Shown: positions 35,863 to 46,981 of the stretch, in pieces | Numbering within the stretch: the stretch's first letter is position 1 | Layout of the letters: each line of letters opens with the position of its first letter | Assembly: GCA_027604505.1 (NCBI GenBank) | Contig: JADIIX010000022.1 | Coordinates: 1 to 64,000, forward strand | Direction: 5' to 3' | Length of the DNA: 64,000 nt | From: Gonapodya sp. JEL0774 | Lineage: Eukaryota | Made by a program: the position numbers and the translations under genes | The notes under the pieces: model-generated | What the model was told of the DNA's origin: nothing | Seen by the model: the letters and a program-made list of their open reading frames with translations, nothing else | Databases searched by the model: none

Positions 35863-38077
35863 TTACAAGCTTGGCCTGAAGATCCTCGCTGCCCATGGAA
35901 CAGTCACCTGTGCGATCCACGCGATGCCAATGTACACCGCAACCCTGGCAAGATTCTCCGTGGTCCAGATCTCAGTTACACCCGGGATCGCCGGGTATGG
36001 TTCCGAGGGATCCTCGGAAGTAGATGCGGAAGATGGGGAGGGGGGAGGAGTGGATGGTGCGGCTGAGGGTACCCGATTGGGCAGGAGGATTGGGAGAACT
36101 CTTCGGAAGAAGGCCCGGGCAGCCAGACGCCAGAGAACGATAGCGAGAGTTCCTATAAGGCGGTGAAAGTTACAAGGCAGTGGGGGGGGTGATTGGAGCC
36201 AACCTTCATTTCTCGCCAAATCACAACAGAACACCTGCAGGTGACCCACCTGCAACCACCTTGACAGCCCAAAATCCCCATACGGCCGCCAAGTCCACCA
36301 GCTTCAACTCTTTCTCGGCTATTCCTAGCACCACAATGGGCTTTACGCCGTGCATGGCGGGCCCAACACCAAGCTCGATCCCGGCTCCAGCCATCCCCCC
36401 GGTATACCAAGCGCCCAAACTGATACCCAAGACAACTGCGAGGAAAGACAGGGAGTCGTCGAAGCAGGGACACGCGGGGTGGGGCGGACAATGGAGGTTT
36501 ATGAAAATTGGAAGGAGGACGATAAACACAAGGGGTGCTGTTTATCAAACGGTATATCAACGGCAATCGGAGGATAAGCGGGCGATCGTTGGTTAGACGC
36601 GGGTTTCATAGGGGAACACGACTTAAGATGCTGAAATTTTCGGCTTACCTTCCCAACCTCCTTGACTCAGGTACCTCTCAACCCTCCACAGGGGCGCCGA
36701 CGAGTCCACTCCCAAAGTCCACTTGATCCATCCTCCCAGCAAAGCAATACCCACGGCGAGTCCGCCGAGCACGTCTGTTCCCGTGTGGAATCCACAGTAT
36801 ATCCGGCTGCTCATGACGAGGATCACCTGGAGAGGCATCAGCACCCAGAGGGTCGTCCAGCGGGCAATCGAGTCCTGTTCCGGCTCTGCAGGCCACAAGG
36901 ACAAGAAATACCACATGGAGAAGGCTGATATGGCAAACGAGGTGCAAGTGTGAGATGAGGGGAAGCCAAACTCTTCATGGACTTTGGCACCATGGATTTG
37001 AGATTTCAGATTCGCGGGTTGGACTTTGACGATCGGGGGTGTGGGCGGTCGCGGAAGGAAGAGGTAGTCCTGGTTTGAGGACGTGAAACATGGTGAGTGA
37101 ATCCGCTGTCAATTGTAAAAAGCGTAGCTCCGAATGATGTACAGAACCGGTCATCAGTGATTGATCATAACTCGTGAATTGTGCTTGCTCCCGTGTCCAC
37201 CACGTTCTTGTGACTGTGAAAGTTCCCAAGCCCGATCACAGACAGAACCAGTCATCAGCGATTATGTCTCATGAATTGCGGTCGCTCCCACGTCCACCAC
37301 ATTCTTGTGACTTGTAGAGTTCCCAATGACTACCACGAGCACTCAGGGCAAATCTCCCTAAAACGTCTGCACTACGTCCGATTGTATGTGGTCTTCCACG
37401 GCATTCCAAGCGCAAAACGACCACTCAGCGCTCCGGCGAATTGGATGAAACTTGCTCGCATTGGTATTTCTCTCAGAACTCGCGGAGGTTTTCCGCTTGT
37501 GTAGGCTTCTGTGGTCTTGTTAAAGGCGAGTTTACCACAAACTCACTTTGAGGGTACCCGTGAAATACACTCCCAGTGCTAGAAGAACCACCATTGACCG
37601 ACCAAACACGGCCATCCACGCCGCCAGTTCCCACTGCTGCCGGTCCCGCTCCGTGGCACACACAATCCTGTTCTCGTCAACCTGACAGTCGCCCTGATCA
37701 AACCAGAACAGCAGAGGCAAGCCAATCAAAAACATGGTGTGAGTTCCAAAAAATGACGCCCATATGAACAATTGGTCGAGCATGGGAGTTCTGAATCGTT
37801 GTTGCATGTGGCTGATCCATTCCGTCTCGGAACGAACGAGCGCCAGCAATGGAGCGCGGAGAGCATATCGGAGCGTCGGAGGGGGAGGAATCGATGATTT
37901 CAACAACGCCAAGGGGGCGGAGCTCGTGGCCGCTGCTGGTTTCGATTTCGTCTTCCCAGAGTCCACAACGGCAGGATTGGCCGAGTCGAGAGGTAAGCCC
38001 ATGGTGGGTTCGACGAGCAGAGACCCGGGAGCAGAAATGCCTCCACGGAATCGAAGATTTCCCACGGGGCTGGTCAT
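35863..38077 (-). CDS. Sphingoid base-1-phosphate phosphatase (PAP2 family, LCB3/SGPP1-like)
   Basis: PAP2 motifs LK|DYLFLPRP, EFGFPSSH, SRIYCGFHTGTDV; HPACPCFDDSLSFLAVVLG; multiple TM segments. Confidence 0.92.
37141..37326. repeat. Diverged ~85-bp direct repeat pair in intron 1 of the phosphatase gene
   Basis: ACAGAACC..TCATCAG..TGAATTG..CTCCC..TCCACCAC.TTCTTGTGACT..AGTTCCCAA at 37141-37229 and 37242-37326. Confidence 0.9.
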
Positions 38078-38615
38078 CGCCAGGGCTCTGCAAAGTTTCC
38101 CCCTGATGAGTTTTCTCTGCGATTCTCCTTATCCACCTACCCTCAAAAACTACCGCCGGCAAAAGTCGGTTTCCGTCATCGGATCAAAACATGTGGAAGG
38201 AATCCAACTCATCCAATTCAAAACGAGAAGTTTAATTGTGACTTTTCCTTCAAGAATTGCTCTTGCTCTTAGAGTTAGAGTGTGCTTGTCTTGTGTTTCG
38301 AGACTGTGACTCTAACATGATATAGGGGTATGACATTTTCAGTTGGAGATTTAAACGTTTTCAAGCCTGATGCTGAATTGGGGATGCAGAAGTGATGTGT
38401 CAGCGTGCGTGGTGCACGCAGCAATGGGAAGTTTTATACCCATCTGTTCACGACTCATTGGTCTTTCGACCTGTGAAACAAGACTGCGAAACAAGGGTGT
38501 CGAGCACGCTCTGAAACCAATCTTGCTATTGGGAATTCAACTCAAAGTCGCTCCGTGAATTCCACCCCAAATATACAACCTGTAACCTTGTGATCAACGA
38601 TCACATCCTCGTGCA

Positions 38616-41095
38616 ATGAAACCGCCAATGGCCCTGACAATCGCCGGCTCTGATTCGGGTGGCGGTGCAGGCATACAAGCGGATTTGAAAACATTCACAG
38701 CTCTCGGTGTGTACGGTACGTCAGTGCTCACCGCCTGCACCGCCCAGAACACTCTTGGTGTCCAGGCCGTGCACTCCTTGCCACCAGAGTTTGTCGAGCA
38801 ACAACTCAAGAGCGTGCTGGGGACGTGGGAGGATGCGCACAGCGGAGGGAAGGGAGATGTGATGGAGTGTGCCGCGATAAAGACTGGTGAGCGTGATTCG
38901 TTTTCCACGATGTCATCGGGGGGACAAATTAGTCCAAGAACACAAGATTTTCTGTGCAAATCAGCGTGATGGGATGGTATTGGATTGTGTCACCACGGAA
39001 GAAAGTGACAGTATTTCTTTTGATTATACTCCCCGCATCCGACAAGCCTCGCTTATCGAGCTTATGGAGTGAGAGTTGAGAGTGAAAGAGAGGTTTTACG
39101 GGCACTCACTAGTCTCCCTGCATGCGAATCCATTGCACGCTCTGGAGATACGGGGTTCTGACCTCTCGCAATCCCTACAAGGCATGCTCTCCTCCGCACC
39201 CATTATTCACACCATCTCCAACTTCCTTCGCACCCGGTTCCGCAATGCATCTCTGCTTCCCAAACTTGTCATTGACCCTGTTATGATCTCCACCTCTGGC
39301 CACGCTCTCCTCGAACCTGACGGGGTGCATTCGATGCTCTCGGATCTCGTGCCCTTGGCGTGGGTGCTCACACCCAACATACCCGAGGCGGAGGCCATGG
39401 TTCGTCACGCGGAGAGGACAGACGCCAGAGACGCGCCATTTGCGATTCGTGAAATCGGAGATATGGTGTCCGCATGTGGCGTGCTGCACGGGCTGGGTGC
39501 AAACTACGTCCTTGTCAAAGGTGGTCACAGGGCGTATTCATACGCCGAGCTCGCTCGCGTCTTAGGAGCTGAGGTGGTGTCTCCAACTGCTGTGAGCCGT
39601 CCGGCGAAGATGTTTGCCGGAGGTTTCCTCCATATCGGATCAGACTTGGCCGAAGAGTGCAACCGAGACGTGGGAATAAAACTGGCTGTGGATGTGCTAT
39701 TCTGTCCGGAATCGGAATCCGACTCGGTATCTGATAATGCGCCACCTCACTCAAAACCGGTCATCGCTTCTGGCTCGTTCCACTTCTTCGCGAAACCTTA
39801 CTTACGGAATCAGAACTTCCACGGCACTGGTTGTACACTTTCATCTGCAATCGCGGGAGAGCTGGCAAAGGGACATTCTGGTTAGTTGTTCTGGTTAGTT
39901 TTTGAAGGGGACTAGTTGAGCTGATCCTGTGAGTCCTCGTGGTTGATAGTACCAGCTGCCGTCTCCACCGCGCGAGATTACCTCCAACTCGCCATCGAGA
40001 ATTCGCTTTCCGTTGGCCGGGGCATCGACTCACTCTGCCATTTCCACCCTATCACCACTCCAATCAGCACTGCGCATACGGACTTGTTAGGAATGTCAGA
40101 TACCACCCTCTTGTCTGATTTTCTGATTGCTAGCTGTGCGGATGAGTGGCAGAATTTTACCAAACATAGATTTGTTGAAGAGATTGGACAAGGCACCTTG
40201 GATCCTGAACGGTTCCGATTCTTCATAAGACAGGTCAGGAACAGCGATAGTTAACATTAGCGCCAACAGTGTTGAACTGGGATAATCAATTCCGACTGTC
40301 GTTTACAGGACTACCTCTTCCTGAACCACTATGCTAGGTGTTGGTCACTTGTGGCATTCAAGGAGAGGTCCGCCAAAGAGATTGAGCGAGCATCGGCAAT
40401 GGCTAAGGCTATGGCAATGGAGCAAGCGCTGCATGTTAAGGTGATCCGTGGTGCGTTGTAGAAACGAGTACTTCAATCGCTCACGCCTCAAAACTGATAG
40501 TTTTGTGAGCAATGGGGAGTCTCTTTGGCGGAATTAGAGGGAACGAGAGAGGCGATATCGAATGTTGCGTACACGCGATACGTTTGTGAAAAAGGTGTGT
40601 GAGCTAGTTCTGGCGTGCGCCTCCAGCGACTCCTATCTACTCGTTCGCGAACCAGGCATATCTGGCGATCTTATGGATCTTCGCGTTGCCCTTCTACCTT
40701 GTGTTCTTGGGTACGCTGTCATTGGACGTCGCCTCCTCGCGGAATCACGAGCAAACCCATCGACCGATTCTGTGAATCCCTACATGACGTGGATAGAAAC
40801 GTACAGTAGTGATGAGTATCAGAGGGTAGCGCAAGACGGACGAGGTGATACGAATCTTGATTTCCTATGTTTGGTTTCATTTGCTCATCACTCACAACTC
40901 TTTTAATCGCTGTCAGACGCCCTCGACAAACTCCTTCCTGTCCTCCTTCCCGGCATCAATCTGCCAATCATTGTCGATGGCCGTGTATCACTCGAAGGCC
41001 TTCCCACGCGTCTGCGGGAGCTCTGCGAAACCTTTCGGCAAGCCACGAATTTAGAGGTTGGATTTTGGGAGATGGCATGGCATATGCAGATGTAG
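38616..41095 (+). CDS. THI20: Hydroxymethylpyrimidine(-phosphate) kinase / thiaminase II (ThiD-TenA) fusion
   Basis: [67 protein letters not shown]. TenA part: [46 protein letters not shown]. Confidence 0.93.
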
Positions 41096-41271
41096 ACCAC
41101 CTACAAATTTTGAGAATTTACAGTATTACATAGGTCTTCAAAATGCATCTTGAATGAATACATTTGCTTCACCAGCGAAGATTCTGTGCGTTCCGTGGGT
41201 CGAACACTGGGCGCCATTTCCGTTACGTATTAATCTCCGAGTTTTCCTCACTCGAACCAAGAAACAGCCGA

Positions 41272-44200
41272 ATGAGTAAGCGCAAATCCTATGTGGAGCT
41301 TCCCACGGAGCCCTCCACTTCCGGGGGTCCATCGGTAACGAAGGGCCTGTCCCGCTCCGATTTGAAGAACCTTGAAAAACTGAGCAAAACAACTTCTAGA
41401 GTGCAGCTTCAAGAATCTCGCGATAAATGGGTTGCTCGTGGCCTCTTTTTCGGTGTTGCACTCGCCGTATTCATTGCTGGGATGGCTGTCGGTCGCTTCG
41501 GAGCGGATCAGAGTTCACCACACAGTTCCGCCGCTGAAGGAACTGGAAGCGGAACGGCGCAAGTGGTATTCGCCGGTACTCGAGCATATCCAGTGGACTC
41601 GTTTCTACCCGTAGGACCAGCAAATGGAACGAAAGCAGATGTCCTTGCCGCCGCAGCGACAGCTGAGGACCCTACCGTTCTCGATTTCAACTACCCCTAC
41701 AATTTTGATTATGCACCATGGCTACCTGCTGTGATTCCAGGCTCGCAAGGAAAGGCTGCTGACGATGGTGTGGTGTTCGACCCCTCTCTTGGACCCGGTT
41801 CTGCAATGCGCCGCCCGGAATGGGCTGATGCTGCTATTGCGGCGGCGGTGACGACTGCTATGACGAAAACCGCCAAAAGAAGACCTACCTCCTCAGCTTC
41901 TATCTCTTCCATCGTATTTACCGCCCGTGTGCGGACGACGGGCACGACCTCAGTAAGCAAAACACCCGTACCACAAACTTGCGACACAGCGAATGGCTGG
42001 ATGGGAGGAACAGGAACAAGCTTCACGTGCGTTTGCGACGTGAGTGTATAGAGTTAACGATATCGTTTGAGCACTCGGTTTTATATTGATGTTCTTTTGT
42101 CGCAATAGTGGACTCGAGGGTTTGTGTACAACGCAATAACAAAGCAGTGCGAGAAACCATCTTGCGACGCATCTGCAGGTTGGATACCTGGTGTAACCTC
42201 GACGGGACCCGCTTGCATCTGCGATTCTGCAAATGGGTTTCACTACGATGCTGCAAGCCAGAAATGTCTGAAGTCAAGCTCTGTCATTGCTACCTCGTCC
42301 ACGGCGTCATCTTCAACTTCACCGACATCTCAGTTAACTGCAATATCAACTTCAACAAACGGCCGTTGTGGTCCCGAGTTCAACCTGAAGTGCCCGGGCA
42401 CATGCTGCAGTCAGTGGGGCTGGTGTGGAGTGGGAGTGGAATAGTGAATTATTTCTTAACAAGCGGTTTCTTCTTTGAGCCTTACTGATAACAGTTGTAT
42501 CTCAGTTGTAGCACAGGATGTCAAGGAAGCCCTTACGGCACCGGTTGTGCAAGCGAATCTGGAGCGCCACCAGCGGCCCCATCCACAACACCACCATCAC
42601 CACCTCCAAGTGCTTCCGGTCCAGGAGTGGTGATATATGTCCCCAATTGGGGGTGAGTACTGGAGGGAAGTCCAAGTAATTGGAGGCAACTGATCTTGAC
42701 AGTTCTGTTACTTGCAAGTGGCGATATCTCGAACCTCGATTTTACTGGTATTTCCGTGGTAAACTACGCCTTCTACGGAGTTAATCCAAATGGTCAACTC
42801 ACGGGAGTCGACAACGGACTCATTTACACATTGAACACGCTCACAAAAAGAAAATATCCGAGTCTGAAAACGGTCCTTAGCATTGGCGGCTGGACGGACA
42901 GTGCTTACTTTTCTCTCGTTGCCAAGGACCCATTCAAGAGAGAAGCATTCGCTTCTAATGTCTTGTCGTTCATAACGAACAACGGTTTTGATGGGGTAGA
43001 TCTAGACTGGGAATGTGAGTCACCTGTTGTCACACAACGTTGGCGTCTGAACGACTTTTGTTTTTATATTCAGTTCCAGGAGGCGGTGGAGTCCCCAGTA
43101 ATGCTGTCGACCCCAATGATGCTGCTAATTTCCTTGAAATGCTGAAATCCTTACGAAATCAGCTTGGAAATCGCATCATTACGATTGCAGCTGCGAGTGA
43201 TGCAGGGATCTACAAGAATCTTCTCCCACAATACGCACAGTTGGTGAGCTGGATTAACGTTATGAGTTATGATATGTGTGGGGGGTGGGCAGGTGAGTGC
43301 TTAGAGCTTGCCAGTCAATCACCAATCAGAGAAATTTTGTTGCATTTGATTTTAAGGTCGAGCATGCTTGAATGCCCCACTTTATCCGGATCCCGCTTCT
43401 CCATGGGATGCGTCTGCTTCGTCGGTAGTACAAGGATACATTGACGCAGGAGTTCCGAAGAACCAGCTGACTATGGGTATGGCATTCTATGGTAAATCCC
43501 CCGTTGAAGCGTGGGAGGATTTTGCTTGAAATAACCAAATCGCCAAAAGGGTACGGCTTCTATGTGTCTTCGGGCGCCAACGGGGGGCTCTTCCAGTCCT
43601 CATCTTCGATGCCCACAGGGGATGGAGGCGGTTCCTTCGCTTGGTCAACTCTTCGTACTAGTGGCTATCTTAGCAGTTCAAATGCTGGCGCTAATGGATG
43701 GACGAGGACGTGGAGAGATAGCGCAAAGGTGCCAACTTTATTTAGATCCAACATAATGATAAGTACGTGCGCATCAATCAAATCTCCAGACACACTTCAA
43801 AAAAGCTAATTCCGTTACTTGATTTAGGCTACGATGACCCTCAGTCCATTCAAGAGAAGATTTTGTACTGCAAGACCAATGGCTTGGGGGGAGTGATGGT
43901 CTGGCATGGTTTGCAGGATTACTCTTCAGAGCTTACTTCGATGATACGCCAGAACTGGGGGAGCTCCAATTCTCCACCAGCGGTGCCGCCAGCACCCCCA
44001 TCAAACGTCGTGTCGGGTTTGCCTGGTTGGAGACTTGTCTGGAGTGATGAATTCACTTATACGGGCATTCCAGATCCTTCGAAATGGACCATGTACACGG
44101 GACCGGTTTACAATAATGAAGCTCAAACTTACACAACGAACTCCAACAACGTAAAAGTTGAAAACGGTATGCTTGTGTTGCAAGCTCTCAATAATGGTGG

Positions 44201-44778
44201 CTGGACTAGTGGGAAAGTGCAGACACAAAACATATACAACTTCCAGTTCGGCCGAATCGAGGTTCGAGCCAAAGTACCAACAGGAGCAGGGACATGGCCT
44301 GCGATCTGGTTATTGTGAGCTCGGCTCGATGTCATGCAACAATTTCCTTGTGTCCTTTTAATGCTATGTCCTGGTTTTCAGAGGTTCGACCAGCGACTCG
44401 TGGCCCTATCAAGGTGAAATTGATATCATGGAATATGTCGGCAACAATCGAGGCAATACCATGGCTACTGTACACACACAGACCAGGTATTGGATGCTCG
44501 GCAATCAGTTGACTGGCAATACTTGGTTCGATGACACTGCTTGGAACGTGTTTGCGCTCGAATGGACAACGACCAAGCTAGATTTCTACGTGAATTCAAA
44601 CAAGTACCTTACTGCAAACCAAGCTGACTTTGGAACGGGGCAAGCGGCGTGGCCTTTCTCCCAGCCGTTCTATTTTATCCTCAACCTCGCGATGGGAGGA
44701 GCTTTCGGTGGCTCCATCAATTGCGCGAGCCCACAGCAGTTCTTGATCGACTACGTTCGGTACTACCAGGCCGCATAA
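41272..44778 (+). CDS. Type II membrane CBM18-GH18 chitinase-GH16 beta-glucanase fusion, paralog B
   Basis: Starts MSKRKSY; TM GLFFGVALAVFIAGMAVG; Cys repeats; GRCGPEFNLKCPGTCCSQWGWCG. GH18 motifs SIGGW, FDGVDLDWE, MSYD. GH16 motifs WSDEF, YNNEAQTY, GTWPAIWLL, WPYQGEIDIME, FYFILNLAMGG, IDYVRYY. Confidence 0.94.
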
Positions 44779-45113
44779 CAGGGCCTTTGCACACCCCAAG
44801 GTTGTATATCAACGAGCGAAATCATTTGTTTGGAACCCTTTTGGATGCTAAAGTGACTTTAATTGTCGTGAAATTGGGGCTCATTTGCATGTGAGCAACC
44901 TTTAAAACTATAGTACATTAATTTGATAATAAAGTGACTTTTCACCGGGCTGCATTACAAAAGCCCACTGGTGCGTTACGTCCAAATAAGAGAGTGGAAG
45001 TTTTGATAGTTTGTTGTCCAAAGAGTATTACAATTGTAATATTTGATCGACGCTGTGTTATGCAACATTTGCTCGAAGCTGCTGGCCGGTTACCTAACCA
45101 AGACCTGCAATCG

Positions 45114-46783
45114 TCACTGCACTAGCAACTCGGCCTCCTGCTTTTCCAAATCTTTCACCATATCCCCAACTTTACTCGCCCATTCTCCCAGACGGTCTCG
45201 CATGCCTGCGATTTGCAACTTGTCGAGTGTTCGGGTTTGTACCCAGGTAATCTGATTCATACCATACCTTGATTAGCGCCTTCACCTTCAATCTAGCGCG
45301 CAAGTCTCGGAACGAACCTGTACCACCCTCTCCACTTCGTCAATGCTTCCCTTCACAAGCCCAACACTCAGAGCCCTCATTACGAGGTGCTCCACTTCAT
45401 CCTCCTTAACTCTGGTCTCTTTCGCTACGTCGGCGAATCGCATGTGCGATCGCTGCTCGCGAGTACGAGCAAACGTGCGCTCAACAAGGGCAGTAAGGTG
45501 GAGCTTTTGGCGGAGGAAGGGGAGGGAGGCTGCGAGGAGGGGCTGCCGTGGGGTGGTTGTCAAACGGTTGATTGTATTGCATTGAGTGTTACTGCGGCCC
45601 GGCCGGTTGTTGACACATGGACGGTAGGATTCTCACATTTTCCTTTCCGTTTGGTCCACTGGCCCATTTCTCGAAGGAGTCCATATCGCCACGGTTGAAG
45701 CTCCGGAGTAAGTCTGCGAGCCACTGTTGAGGAGAGCCCTTCAAACTTTCCAACACGGGGTGCTGGAGCAGTTCACCAAAGTTGTAGAGGTCGTCCGCAA
45801 GGAGAGCCGCCAGGGCTAGGTCTGCGGCACGCTGTTGCCTTTCTGCAAGGGGAATATCGTCCAGGGAGGGGACAGAGGCGAGGTAGAGGAGAGCGGAGTG
45901 GTAGAACTGGTGATACGATGCCTTGGCCTGCGGACATTTTTGTTTGTTCAATGTGACGATGGCGACGGAGTGCCATCAAAAGTACCAATATATCATACCT
46001 TGTAGTAGTCAGCACTGACTCTGAAGAAACTTGCGTTGATTGCAGCGTCCATACCCTCCAAACGCTCGACCTCCTTCTCACAATCTTCCATCACCTTGCG
46101 AGTTGCCTCGAGGTCACCCGAGAGCAACTTCCAGTGTGCCCATTCCATGCTCGCGACAACATGAGCCTCTGGGTGACTCTGAGTGGTCGCGAGTAAGGGG
46201 TGGAGGAACTCGGCGGACTCGCTGGGTTCGGCGAACGTCCCCGCAGCGAGGACCGCAAACTGGACCAACTTGAGTTGGTTCATGCGCTTCGCCCAGTCCT
46301 TAACGAAGTTGTTGTATACAGGAATGAGAAAGGGACGCGCGTCAGCATGGGAGGCAAAGCTCTGGAGCTGACTGGTAAGTTGGTGCCAAAGCCTGGTGAG
46401 GAAGGAGATTGCGAACCATGCAGGGCGAGCAAGGGGACATTAGATGGAGAATGAAATTGAGCAAAAGAATATCGAGACTAGAAATGCGCATGTTTCAGCC
46501 CACAAGGAGCTACCGAAGCCCGGAATCGTGTCGTTGAACGCCCACAGCGGAGGGGACTCAGAGTAAAGAGGTGACATAAGTGTCACGCCATGCTTCCATC
46601 CCTTCCTTCATGCACCACGCTATAGAGAAGAGTCCTTGCTTGAGTTCACTCCCAAGAATCTCACTTTCTGTCATACAGGTCGCCAAACTGGGTGAAGAAC
46701 TCTTTAAGCGAGTCTGGCGCTCGGGACCGGGCCTCGGCCAGAAATGCAGAGACATCTATATCCATATCCATTTCATTTCCCAT
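45114..46783 (-). CDS. RPN9: 26S proteasome lid subunit Rpn9/PSMD13 (PCI domain)
   Basis: MNQLKLVQFAV, ASFFRVSADYYK, FYHSALLYL, ALLADDLYNFGELLQHPVLESL, VEHLVMRALSVGLVKGSIDEV. Confidence 0.93.
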
Positions 46784-46981
46784 GTTGCTTTGTTTCCGAG
46801 TAGTTGATGTTTGCAATGGTTCAAAATTTACAAGTGTTGCGCTAGTTCCTCCACTGAGCCCGCTATTGCTCCCCGCTCAACTTTGAATTTCAACGGCCTC
46901 CATCACATTTCCACCGCCCGAATCGCCGGACTCGTGCCATTTTCCGAGTTTCATCCTTTCTCCCTTTGAAACCTTGCCTCA

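Noticed and set aside
38350..39181. Canonical TPP riboswitch in the THI20 5' region or intron 1
   Set aside because: The core CTGAGA..ATAC..ACYTGAT..TAAT..GCG arrangement is not found; only a weak CTGGAGATACGG resemblance.
46900..46945. Rpn4 PACE element (GGTGGCAAA)
   Set aside because: Only the partial match TTTCCACC; not supportable as a feature.
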